A DNA stretch of 62,738 bases, filler included, from Blastocystis sp. subtype 4 (Eukaryota): NCBI RefSeq assembly GCF_000743755.1. It is 2 parts of 2 records of this genome, joined end to end, with 100 filler letters (N's around TTAATTAATTAA, not from the genome) between each part and the next. Parts side by side here need not be neighbours in the genome. Positions count along the whole stretch, not along the records: positions 31,447 to 62,738 come from NW_014569434.1; 1 more part is not named here. One strand, 5' to 3'. Within the stretch, counting starts at the first letter, position 1. Each line of letters opens with the position of its first letter. The position numbers were made by a program, and so were the translations under genes. This document shows, in pieces, positions 51,113-62,738 of this stretch. The notes beneath the pieces were generated by a model that ran no database searches, was not told the DNA's origin, and saw nothing but the letters and a program-made list of their open reading frames with translations.

Positions 51113-52079
51113 ATGAGTCTACATATTTTACGTCATAAGAAATGGCATGTGTGGAACCAAGATAATGAAGATACATTTACAAAGGATGAGAATGAGTTCA
51201 TGGCCAAAGTGGAAGCAGAAGAGAAGAGTAGTAAGATGGCAGATATGGAGAAAAGAATTCAGAAGATTAAAGAAATGAAAGGAATTCAGACTGTTCCTGA
51301 ACATCCTATTGCAGGTAGGATTGATATTGGTGGTAGTGATTGTAGAATCGTCTTCAGATTCTTTGAGCCGATTTTCTCTGGGAACAGAAGCGACTGTATC
51401 CTTCGCTCCTAATGAAGACTATACTGTATGAGTGGATGAAAGAGGTAATTGTTGATAGAAGGAAGAGCAAGAACGGAAAATAAAAGAGATTGGTCAATTG
51501 AAGGTACCGACTTGGAAGTTAAAACCTACACAGCTACCAACGAAGCAGTGGTATGAGGAGAATTTATCAATAAAGCGATCTCAAAATGGCAAAGCACTTG
51601 ATGAGGATGAACTTGTCAAACGAGAAAGACGAGATGAGCAGATGAAACAGATGGAAGATCCCCTAAATGTTATTGTACGAAGGTTGGATCCCATATAGGC
51701 GATTGTCAAACTTCGTGAGAGGAACGTGATCGACTCTTCTCTTGCTTCTAATGAAATACCACAAGAAGAACAGCGTGAATTACTCAAATCACGCTTAGTA
51801 GAACAGCCTCAAGATATATTGGTTAGAATATATTGGTTACCTTATCAGTAGATTCCTAAAAACACTTCATCAAAACCACATCATCGTCACCGCCATCATC
51901 ACCATTCAAAAGTAGTTACATCCATAGATCAGTCGGAGTTGTACTTACAGAAACGGCAACGAGAACTGGAATTGAAAAAACTACGAGAAGAACGAATCAA
52001 AAGGGAAACAGAAGAGAGGAAACGATCGACAGAAGTATTACTTCAACACCTTCATCAGTATGATGGTTTGTTAGACTAA
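51113..52079 (+). CDS. Cir_N-domain protein (LENG1-like)
   Basis: MSLHILRHKKWHVWNQDN, MEDPL, LREERIKRETEER. May end at TA52059-52060 + poly(A). Confidence 0.7.
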
Positions 52080-52106
52080 TACATCCATTGCTTACCAACA
52101 AACATA

Positions 52107-53063
52107 TTAGTTCAGTAGACCTAATGCTTCCTCAACTTCAGTATTTGTGAATAACTTGTATCCTTCCTCAGTAATTGTAGCCACATCAATATTATTGCAG
52201 TTAATCGGATCCTTCATAACCTGCTTTAATGTTGACAGTGACACTTTAATACCTTCTTGCAAGGTCAAGTTCTATCAATCACTCAACCCATGTACTATCA
52301 CAGGTTTGTATAGGTCCTTCAACATATCCGTTGCTCCTTCACAACCTGATCCAATACTAACAGCCTTGTATTCTGTATATGTTCCTGAAGTATCTGTCAA
52401 GAATCTACACTCACATTCCATTTCAATACCAACAATTGATAACCATACTTCTTTGTATATCCTCCAATCAAAAGAGCAACTCCAAATGGACGAGACTACG
52501 TGTCACTGATACTAGGAAAACAAACCATCTTCGTATCATCATCCTCACCAAAGGAAAGCATGATCTCCGATAATGATTGAGCAACACTCTCTGTCTACAA
52601 GAAATGCAGTGAAGTGAAAAGATACACTCATCGGCTCTCCATAGTTGAAGAGATGGTTTGCAGCATTGACTCTGGCATTATCAATCAGTGTGATAGCATC
52701 TGCAACGAGTCCACTCATAGCAGCTCCAATATGGTGATCAATCTCCATAATCTTAATCACGCTACTTCTTATACTCTCAAATCATATCAAACCTTGAAGG
52801 AACCATTAGTTTACTCGTAAGTCGCTTTTCTACAGCAAGTACAATTCCCTCAGACGTCTTGATACCGATTGCAGTTGAGCCCAGCTATTTATATGAATTG
52901 CATATCGGATTACTACCTTAATAGATTCAATAGCGTATTCAACCTGGAAGAGACGTCCTTCAGGGGAGTAGGTACTTACTCCATGATCATACTCAGTTCT
53001 ACAGAAAGAGATTAGATAATTCATAGTCTCCACTCCATCTTATAAGTACCTTGAAAGATACAT
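52107..53063 (-). CDS. PSMA5: 20S proteasome subunit alpha-5
   Basis: [56 protein letters not shown]. Confidence 0.95.
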
Positions 53064-53243
53064 TACTTGTTCAGAAATGATTGAAAAGAAGAATGCCAAA
53101 AAAGGGCAAGAATTGGGTACCATGATTCTTCAAAACAAACAAAGGAATCATTCAGGCAAGATGGATAGCATGTTACAAGAAGAGTACAAGAAGAATGTTG
53201 AAGAGATACATCAGCCAAAAAGGATTGAAGCGGTGGGATCGAT

Positions 53244-53660
53244 CTATTCTCCGAATGTTGATTGGAGAAATGCATTTCTTCTATTAACGGCTTCACAATA
53301 CAATTGCATATTGAAGTTCTTTAACCCTCGCAGATGGTAACAAAATACCATGATAGACTACGCTGTATGAATGGAATCGTAATTTACATCGCTTTCAACT
53401 GATTCAACAATCCCAATAACTTCAATAAACCGATATGTTAGATGTTCATTTTGATAATATTCATTAACTTTCACATGAATAAAGCGATCACCCTGTTGTA
53501 AGGTTAATTCCTTTCCTTTGAATTCTTTTACACTATTTGTGATTTGATGGTGAATGGAGTACAATCCAACGACTCGAACTCGTTTTCCTAGATACTTCTG
53601 ACAATCATCAGCAGAGGGGAGAACAATAGCTGCTGATTCAAATCCAGGGTTTCTCCGCAT
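53244..53660 (-). CDS. RPA3: Replication protein A small subunit (RPA14)-like
   Basis: YLGKRVRVVG, FIEVIGIV and, after a 30-nt intron, NFNMQLYCEAV match the RPA3 pattern. Confidence 0.7.
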
Positions 53661-53722
53661 TTCAGAAGACAAACAATCACACATCGGTTAAAATCGAAAC
53701 AAACATAGAATACCAAAAATGT

Positions 53723-55943
53723 CTAGTTTCCCTTGGGGGTAATAAAGGGAATCGACATTACACCAAGTGCCAGCAAGATACTCAATACCAAGTAAATACC
53801 ATACAAAGAAAAGAGATAAAATCCAAATCCTTTAGTAAATCTAAATTTGCTCAATGGAACAACCTATATCTCACCTCAAATCTCAATCCCTACGATGACT
53901 GTCGATAGAAGAGTAACTACGAGGAAAATAAAAGTAAGATTGATGCTGGAGGTATCAGGACCAAGATCTGCATATCCTCTACACATTATCACTCATTCCT
54001 TCTTCAACGATTTGATGCACGTAATTAATAGCGAGATACCCATACCAATTGTCAAATTGAACGTAGGAGCTAGAGATAAGATACTAAGGATGCCCGTACA
54101 AGCATAAACTCCTCCCATTGACATCTGAGCATATCCTTGCCGAGCCAGAGAGATATCTGAAACCATGTCTCCGAGAGAGTTTCCCCAAGCTAGAATCGTG
54201 AGACCAAGAATGACAGGAGAGATGTGAAGCATCAAGCCAATAGCATTCAAGAGTGATACGAGCTCCTGTGCAACAGCTGAAATCCAGAGAACAGAACTAG
54301 TGAAGCCAATGAGGACCAAAACCACCAGATAGAAACCCTTAGCAGGTGGCTCCTGGAAGCTGGTTAAGAACCAGTTGCAGAGAAGAAGGACCACAGCAAT
54401 AACAAGAAGGAGAGCCCAGACAGGTACCACCTTGAAGACAACGTCAGTATAAGAGACTACAATAAGAATGAATAAATGATGGTACTATCAGCGAAGAAGG
54501 CGATAAGGAAGGGTGCTCCAAATGATGATCCCAGAATCCAATACTTATTCCATCGATCTTCATGAACAATAGGACAAGAGAGATCACGAAGAATAGTAAA
54601 TGGATATTCAGAAATATAGGCTATTTTTGACAAAATAGATTGTTCTCGGAAATTCTTCCATGCACCTTGTATAAGAAGAATAAACGAAGCCTACTTAGCC
54701 ACAATTCTCGAATAGACTGACGATTGATGGGTTTGTTCTCAGTTTCTTCTTCATTCTCTACACGAGCTACAATCTCTTCCAAACCAGGTTTCGGACTCTG
54801 TTTCATTACAAGTCCCTAGTTCTTATCAATACTAATCAGTCCTACAGGTAACACACGATCAGCTGGCTCATTATGGAGACGAGATTCCACCATCAGACTG
54901 ATTTGCATACCTGTTCCTTGCTTGCCATCTGTAGAAGGACTACCAGGAGAAAGAATCAGATCTTTCACTTCCTCCACCGAATTGATGTCATCAAGAAGAC
55001 TCACCTACAGTTTATCGTCTGTCGTTATGAAGACTTTCTCAGAAGCAGCTTCAGTTCTCTTCTTCTTGGGTCGACACAACACAATCTATGTTATACATCG
55101 CAATTGACCTTACTGTGATATAGATAGCATACAGAACCAGGAAGCCAATAGCCTCCCATAACTTGATTTTCTTGTCAAAGAAGACAAAGATGAGATAGGC
55201 CACACAACAGATGTAGAACGAGATATCTCGCGTGAATGCTCGTTTGTTCACCTCACAGTTCGAACAGACAGCAACGCATCCAGCAACTACAGTTGTGAGG
55301 AACACACCAGCTCCCAAATTGGCGCCGACTCCAATCTCAGTCATTCCAGCTAAAACGGACATAATTAAGGAGAAAACATCAGGAGCTCCATTGCCGAAAG
55401 CCAAAAAGGTGACCCCTTTGTTTCATTCACTATGAAAACTCTAACCAGCAATGCTAGGAGGAATATGGAGCTTCTCGACGATTGAGTCCATCACTACACA
55501 GAAGTAATTCTCTGCTGTCGATGCAAGGAGACAAAGAAGGAGCAACAAAATAAGGACCCAAAGGACAGATAGCCATGGTTGTACTGCAGCAGGGCTACAA
55601 TTCTGAAGATATCTATTCCATGAACCAAGATCACTAATTCTTACAAATAGTTGATATAATTTGCCTGATCTGCACAAGCAATCTCCGTACAATTAAACTT
55701 TTCCTATTGATCAAGCCCAAGAATCATTCCTACCATAATGTCGATGGCACATGTATCTTCATCTTCCATTCCCATCAAAAGAGAGTTGAAAGCAGGTGTT
55801 GAGCGGCTAGTTCTGGAATCTCTCGATAGCAAAAGCCCTGAAATCAAACAGAACCGAATAACCTTACCAGAAGATGTAATAAGTGATGTGATGACAAAAG
55901 CATACACAAGTGCTTTTGTCACTGCATGGGTATGTTGAACCAT
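53723..55943 (-). CDS. Cation/Ca2+ exchanger (CCX/NCLX-like)
   Basis: Alpha repeats GVTFLAFGNGAPDVF and GLTILAWGNSLGD. Confidence 0.9.
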
Positions 55944-56075
55944 TTCAATTCTGAGGAACGTGACTTCAAGAGTAGCAATTGGTGCATCCAATCAAAATTT
56001 GTGTCTACGATTTTGTGTTTCCTATAACTATCCTTAAAAGATAATAGAACAAACATAATGGAGAGTACAAGGTCA

Positions 56076-56852
56076 TTACGATGAAAAGGTTCCATAGTTA
56101 GGGACACCATCCTCTCCTGATTTACTAACAATAATCCGATTATTAATAAATGGCTCAGTGGTTTCTGATCCATTCCTTTTCTTGGAAATCACCACAATGA
56201 CAACAACAATAACAACAGCAACAATGGTACAAATAGCAAAGAGAAGACCCCCTCTTGAATAAATCGAGGTTGAAGAGGTTGAATGATTAACTACTTCTAA
56301 ACTTGGAGATGACGAAGGAGAAGGGGAAGGAAACCGTTCAAAAAAGTCCTCATTGTTTGTATCAACACAGTGCATCTCTCTGCGATTAATAATAACGCTA
56401 GTCCTCACTTGATACGATACCATTTTCCCTCTTTCACTGAAGGTGTGCAGGTAAGATGCAGATGACTTATGAGGTTATCGAGATTGGGAATCTGAAAGAA
56501 TGGCTCACTATCGAAGTCAGAAGACAAGAGAGATTCACTGAGGGTATTGGGGAATCTATACATGACATCCAAGACATAATCGAACGTCATGAAAGATCGG
56601 AACAATTCGTTCCAAGGATCCTCCCTAGAATAGAACTTACGGACAAGCATCGTGTTATCAGCATCATAGTCATTTTTCTTACGCAAAGGATCTATTCGTC
56701 ACAGAACGATAATAGAAATAACAGAATTGATCTCTCTCAATACAGTCATCGAAGAAATCACAATTAGAATACTGTCTCATATAATGCCTGGGAAGAGCCA
56801 GAACAGAAGACAGTATCGTTAGCATTACAAATAAAGTCCACTTCATATTCAT
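56076..56852 (-). CDS. Hypothetical single-pass membrane protein
   Basis: Signal peptide MKWTLFVMLTILSSVLA, Ser/Pro stalk, TM LLFAICTIVAVVIVVVIVVISKK. Confidence 0.6.
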
Positions 56853-56896
56853 AGGTACTAACAACGCAAATTTAGTCTAAGTACACGAAGAAACTG

Positions 56897-58459
56897 ATGA
56901 AGAATCCTTCGATCTTTCGAATTAACTATTCGTATATCGTTTCATAGTAGTCATTCTAAAGGCTATCTGCTACAGCCAAAACTGTCCTCCCTCGCTCTAT
57001 GAAGTGAACGATTCCAATTTCTGTTGTATTGGTATTATGAACCTTCTTCATCTCAAATTCTGGATTTCAGTAGAATCAACACTCTCAGGAATTATCATTC
57101 CATCTTCTCTTTGTTCTTGATTGGTCGTATATATAATTAAAACCCTATTGATTTAAAGCGAAGACGGAGTTCAAGTGTACATTAATGTAGTATGGATAAA
57201 GTAGTAAGTCCAGATTCTGTTACAGATACCAATTCTGATGGGTTAAATAAACAGGGTAGTGACGCTGTTCACACTGTTCGTACATCATGGCTCTTTCTTT
57301 GAATTAAAGGATATAATCTTCCTCCCCAAATGAGTACGGCAAAGTCAGACCTACAAATGGAACTTCAAAGGAAGAAATTCGCCATTCCCATATACAAAAA
57401 GTATCATAACTGTGGTTATTGGACTGTAGTACTTCCGTTGGAGCTCCTCATGAACTTCGGTGGTCATCTATGCTCCGTCTCGAAAACGGTAGTACTGTTG
57501 CAATTTCTCCTATTTTGAAATCAAAGAAGGATTCTGATAAGGTAATTGATATGAATGAATATGACCTGAAGGCTGTTGCATATAAGACACTCAAGATTGG
57601 ACTTGATACTCTTTGTTCTAAGGTTGTTACAGTCCCTGAAGATTATGAAGAGGATACAAGAATGATTGAATATTGTCTCAATGCCAGTGGAGGTCAACAG
57701 GGTGTGGAAATACCACCCAAATCCAATTCTTCTGTACCACAGGGAAATGCAGACATTGTTGACGAGTACGGAAGACTACTTCGACGTACAGTTACGCCAG
57801 AGACAGGTCAAGTGATGGACAGTACTCGTATTGCTAATCTGTTGGTATTCATCAATAGAAACAATTCAACTACCATTCGTATTTCCTGCTGTCCACAATG
57901 ACATTCCGGACATCGTGTCTCTTGCCAACTGTGAGTGCATGAAGAGTGTTACACAAGTTGTGTTGAGAAGTGAATGTGAGTTGTAGAGAAGATATGTGTT
58001 TGCATTTGGATCCAGGCATGCATGGGAAGAAGCTTGGACACGGGCTTTAACGGCATGCATGGGGAATAATGGAATCGTGTTAGCTTCATCACCGATGACA
58101 CTGAATGCAGTTGTTCGCGCCATCCAACAGAAGAGAGATGTTCCTTCATATGAAGTGTGTACGGGTTATGGAAAGGAACCAATGTTTCCTATGGCTTGTG
58201 TAGTCGAGAATTCGGTCCTTAAAACTGTGAATCTGAATGCTCTCTTTCCAATTGAAAGACCTATTCTCATTATTGATGATTCGGTTAAATGGGGAGTTAC
58301 TTGGGAATGGTTAGCATTCCTGCCAACGTTTCATATTTCCAGTTGTTAGCTTTGAACTGTTCTCATAGATAGGTTTCTGCTTTGTAGAGGATGAATCTCC
58401 AGTGATCCAGGTGACGAAACTCCGTGATGTGTTCAACGTTGATTTCCTTTTCCAATCTT
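56897..58459 (+). CDS. Hypothetical protein with a degenerate PRTase-like motif; boundaries uncertain
   Basis: Consecutive plus-strand exons; RPILIIDDSVKWGVT resembles the PRPP-binding loop. Confidence 0.4.
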
Positions 58460-58514
58460 GGACTATTTGTAACAAACAAACTACGATCTTGATCAAGCGT
58501 TTCCCTCTCATCAA

Positions 58515-58926
58515 TTACACACGGCTGGGATAGAGCATCACGCGAACAGTCTTTCCCATCGACTGAGGAGGAAGATTGTGACGGAAGAACACACGCACAA
58601 CTCCGTTAGTTCCGTGAGCCTTCGCCACCTTACCCCAGATGCAGCGATAGTGAGAACCGTTCTTCATGGTCTCGGCCTAAAAAACTGTTAGACAGATCCA
58701 CAACTCATCACAATCAGAACCAACCTTGTAGACGTAAGCAACACGCTTTCCGAAGTAGAACTCAGCATCCTTGGCAGTGTTTACTCCCTCAATCTTGATG
58801 AGGCTCTGGTTCTCATACTGAGCAACCTTGGATCTACAAACATTAGAATTCACACAAACCAGTTTCCTACCTTCTGTAACCAAGAATAGCACCCTTAACG
58901 TGAAGTCTAGAAGGAGTGTAAGGCAT
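58515..58926 (-). CDS. RPL35A: 60S ribosomal protein L35a (eL33)
   Basis: [55 protein letters not shown]. Confidence 0.95.
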
Positions 58927-59345
58927 GATGTCTACTCAAAGAGTAAGTACTTGGTTCATTTCCAACAACACCAAACTGCATGAGTTGTCCTTCCAAATTT
59001 GCTAAATGACTTCCTCTAACAGCAAACTCACTACATACAAGAAATAACTCTTAAAGATGACCAAGAAACTGGTGATGACTAAAAGGAAAGGGAACAAGGG
59101 GGTCAAAGAGCAAACTTGATTCAAAGTATACAATCCAATTTGACCCCTCCCTCTTTATTATTCTCGATCAAATACGTTTACTAACCATTATCCTGGCCCT
59201 GAAATACCTTCAACCCATCTATATCTACAAAATTGACAGTATCAACCAATAATCACAACAACTCCAATTGACACGGTGAAAACAATCTTAAACAAACAAA
59301 ACAAAGAGTGATTGTTCTTCCAAATACTACTCATTTCCATCATCT

Positions 59346-59742
59346 TTAGATATTCTCCTTCTTGATGGCTACAAAGTCAGTAACAACCACAACGACTTAC
59401 TAGGAGGAAGACTCTTGGCCAGCCTCTCAGCCTTGGCAGCATCCTTGATAACCAGAGTGTACAAGTACTAGGATATAACCACACGCATCAATCATCATCC
59501 TACCTTGCTGCAACGCACCTTAAACTTGGTCTCTCCAGTGGGATTCTTCTTGATCTTGATCACTAGACAATTAGCGACAAAAACGAATCAACGTACAAGA
59601 AGCGTCCTTTCTTCTAGCACAAGTGATGAAATCACGAACGTCCTTAATCTCCTTGGGCTAAACAACGGTTAATCGTCAATTCCTCAAAATACCACCATCA
59701 ATAGTACACAAGGGCAATATCACATCGTTTTAAACTTACCAT
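59346..59742 (-). CDS. RPL38: 60S ribosomal protein L38 (eL38)
   Basis: Spliced MPKEIKDVRDFITCARRKDA..TKFKVRCSKYLYTLV..KSLPP; ATG-only first exon; four introns. Confidence 0.95.
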
Positions 59743-60113
59743 TTCTATCAGTTGTATTGAAATAACAATCTTCTGGCAAGAGAAAGGAAAGGAATGTTGG
59801 AGGTACCCCTGGATCAAGTATCTTGTGTTCACTTCTTCTATAATTCGAGTCACCCCTATCTCTTTTGATTGATCTTGTTTCCTGAACTTCTTATTAGAGA
59901 TATATGTAGATTACCTCTATCCAAAGTCACTGTAATAGCAATTTTATTGAAGCCGATGATCACTCAATACTTCTTAAAAACACAGAATTATAACAGTCAG
60001 TGAATACTAAATCTATCCAACCTATCATACTTCTTTTTCCACGAACTGATGTTTTCTCGTGTACTAACATATACTCCGTATTTCTTTTTGAAATTCCATC
60101 TATAGTAGAGTAT

Positions 60114-61481
60114 ATGCTCGCAGGTCATTTTCGACAACTGCAACCAAGAAGGGTGGAAAGACTGTAAATACATTTGTTTTAGAATAACCCTCTAGTGGAA
60201 GTTTTTGTTAGCAGCATGCGTAGGAGGAGGGGCGATTGCCTATTGCTGGGATACGATTCGGTCTTCCAAGCTCTATTATTTTATGGCTGACTCTGCTATG
60301 CCACTTATAAGGAAAATAGAATGCGAGAAAGCGCATCGGTTGGGTGTTTTGCTGGAGAAGTATCATTTGGGTGAGTTTGAAATATTACTGTAACTATATA
60401 GCACCTGTAGACAAAACTGCATATCCCGAGCTGAAGACAACATTAATGGGTCTTCAATTTCCCCAATGTATTGGAATTGCTGCTGGATTCGATAAGCAGG
60501 CAGAGGCAATAAACGAATTGTTTAAGAGTGGTCTTTCGTTTGTTGAAGTGGGTGGAATTACGCCCAAAGAACAACCCGGAAATCCATCTCCTCGTATGTT
60601 TCGTCTTTACGAAGATGAAGGAATCATTAATCGATTTGGTTTGAATAGTAAGGGACATGAGGTTATTGTTCCTCGTCTTCAGAAGGAATACTTACGTCAA
60701 CAGAATCACCGTAGAGGACTGATTGGTGTCAATCTAGCCGATAACAAAGGTTGTGAGGATCCAGTCAATGATTACCTTCTGGGCATTCAGCGTTGTGGTC
60801 CATATTCCGACTTCATGGTGCTGAATATCAGTTGTCCTAATCAAGTGGGAACAACAGCTCTTCAGGAAGAGAATCGTCTTCGAGAGATGCTGGATCGAGT
60901 GAGTATGAGTGATTACCATTATTACTAGATTTATCAATACTTAAGCACACTTCCTCAACATCCTCCACTTCTATTGAAATTATCACCTGATTTGACTCAT
61001 GATCAGAGAGATATCCTTTGAATGTGAATTCATAGCATCCTTCATGTGAACTGCAGATTGCGAAGTTGGTGATGGAATACAAGGTTGATGGACTGGTGAT
61101 TAGCAATACAACAGTAACTCGAGCTGACTCTCTACAGAGTGGGTATAAGAAAGAGAAAGGAGGATTGAGCGGTAAACCACTGAGAGAATTGAGTACTGAT
61201 TGTATTCGAGAAATGTATGCAATAAGAATGATGAATAATCAGGTAGGTATCAATTGACACAAGGACAAATCCCTATTATTGGAGTAGGTGGAATTTCAAG
61301 TGGTGCAGATGCCTATGAAAAGATCAAGGCGGGTGCTTCTGCTATTGAAGTGTATAGTGCTCTGGTTTATCATGGAATGGGACTTGTACCTCAAATCAAG
61401 AAGGATTTGGTTGATTTGCTTCATAAAGATGGTTATAAACATGTTTCAGAAGCTGTTGGAAAGGATGTTGAGCTAAATTGA
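60114..61481 (+). CDS. DHODH: Dihydroorotate dehydrogenase (class 2, quinone-dependent)
   Basis: [54 protein letters not shown]. Confidence 0.95.
61011..61051 (+). other. U12-type AT-AC intron in DHODH (41 nt)
   Basis: ATATCCTTT donor, TCCTTCAT branch, AC acceptor; removal restores DLTHDQRVQIAKLV. Confidence 0.88.
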
Positions 61482-61649
61482 TAGAACTGTTTGTTAAGTC
61501 TCATGATAGAATGCCTTCTAGTGGATTGGACCAGCCCTTACCAGTACAATTGTGATAACCAACAAACACATTCTAAATAGATATCCTTTCAGTCTACTTT
61601 GTACGTGTCTACAAACGAGTTAATATAACTTTCAAAGTGTGATGAATCT

Positions 61650-62566
61650 GCTTTCAATTCATCTGTATCGTGAAAGTGGTAACTATTGCATCCCCATCAC
61701 TCATTTATTCACAGTTCATAAATATTGTGATAGAAATGCCTTACATTTCTCAGTACTTACTCTTTTTGACTTTACTAATGTTGATTTGGACCTCTTAACA
61801 GACTTCTTTGGAGGACGAACTTCCTCTTCTTCCTCTTCTTCCTCTTCTTCACTAGCACCTTCCACATAAATGAACCCTTTTCTTTTGCCGTTCTCTCTCT
61901 TTCTGGGATTTTCTTCATCCTCCTCTTCATTACCATCTTCCGATTCCGAAATCACCTCGGAGTCACTGTTTACTTCCTCTCCAGACTCACTATTCGACAT
62001 CGATCCATCATTCTCATTTTCTTCAGCATCCACTAATCCAAGCATTTCATCCTACACATCAGTAACAACCTATGGTCTCTACAATGCCTATCTCTTCCTC
62101 TTCCTTTCCTTTGTTCTACAGTATCAGTACTTCCAACATTACTTACCTGCTCCTTCAATTCCCGATCTCGTTTTCTCTTCTCATATTGAGCACAAAGACG
62201 TTTGAACTTCTTAGAATTGACAGTACGTTCCACTACAGCAGGAATCTACCATTCACACCATCTCCAACAGGTACCTTGTTGATACTTGTCATCGTAACGA
62301 TACAGAACAACTTCTTTGGATCAGAACGATGCTCCTGAATATAGGGAAGATACTTTGAATAGTCATAGTTGTACCTACTCTTTCACGACCTCATTCTAAC
62401 ATTACCAATCTTTTGCATGCTGGTACTTTTCCGTCTGCATATGCTTTTTCACTTCTGCCATGGTTGCAACGATGTCGTGATTGGTGAGATTACAATGGAC
62501 TTTCCCATGGTCATTCAACTGGAACTCCTTGTTATCCTTCAAGAACGCTTCCAATTCTGGGTCCAT
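61650..62566 (-). CDS. SURF2: Surfeit locus protein 2-like; 3' end uncertain
   Basis: GKVHCNLTNHDI..H..KY, YLPYI..KKLFC..T..INK..VNSKKF, followed by an acidic tract. Confidence 0.7.
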
Positions 62567-62643
62567 GAATAGGAATCTGAGTTCTATGACTTCACGTATT
62601 ATGAACAAACAGGCAACACCTCTGTGGTCCTAATTCTCAACAA

Positions 62644-62738
62644 TTACGCCTTGGAAAGTCTCTTCGACACACGAGCGCTCTTTCTCTCCTTGTTCAGCTG
62701 CTCCAGACGCTGTTTGTACTCAGCAGCCTCCACACGAG
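62644..62738 (-). CDS. RPS6: 40S ribosomal protein S6 (eS6), 3' end
   Basis: RVEAAEYKQRLEQLNKERKSARVSKRLSKA* resembles the eS6 C-terminal helix (EAAEY..RLS). Motif at 62604-62611. Confidence 0.7.
   Translation of the reverse strand, partial: RVEAAEYKQRLEQLNKERKSARVSKRLSKA

Noticed and set aside
1415..61481. Cluster of organelle-targeted genes (ABCB, Trx, IscA2, Fdx, nitroreductase, CCX, DHODH)
   Set aside because: Scattered among unrelated genes on both strands; no evidence of functional clustering.

Overview
Gene-dense, AT-rich eukaryotic nuclear DNA, most likely from a Blastocystis species (anaerobic gut stramenopile). That assignment is inferred from three hallmarks: ubiquitous ~30-nt GT-AG introns, very short intergenic spacers, and a TGTTTGTT motif just downstream of most genes, several of which need the poly(A) tail to complete a UAA stop. 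About 38 mostly intron-split protein genes can be reconstructed by eye. They include a MAPK 3' end, ABCB10-like transporter, thioredoxin, REV3, a Dad2-like small gene, IscA2, NMD3, THADA, ferredoxin, a bHLH-PAS factor, CAF-1 p60, METTL6, MORN/LRR protein, SWIB, CXC, coronin, divergent Hsp70, Ig-domain surface protein, Rab5-like, SBDS, BK-type K+ channel, nitroreductase, PSMA5, RPA3, CCX, DHODH, SURF2 and four ribosomal proteins. There is one tRNA gene and an artificial N/TTAATTAATTAA scaffold linker at 31347-31446. Most notable observations: a nuclear tRNA-Val with a GAC anticodon; three ~40-nt U12-type introns (two AT-AC, one apparently AT-AA); poly(A)-created or poly(A)-rewritten stop codons; a recurrent palindromic MCCGCGGK word; and an 11-residue Trp-periodic tail. 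CDS coordinates span introns and were read manually, so some starts are approximate. No database searches were run.
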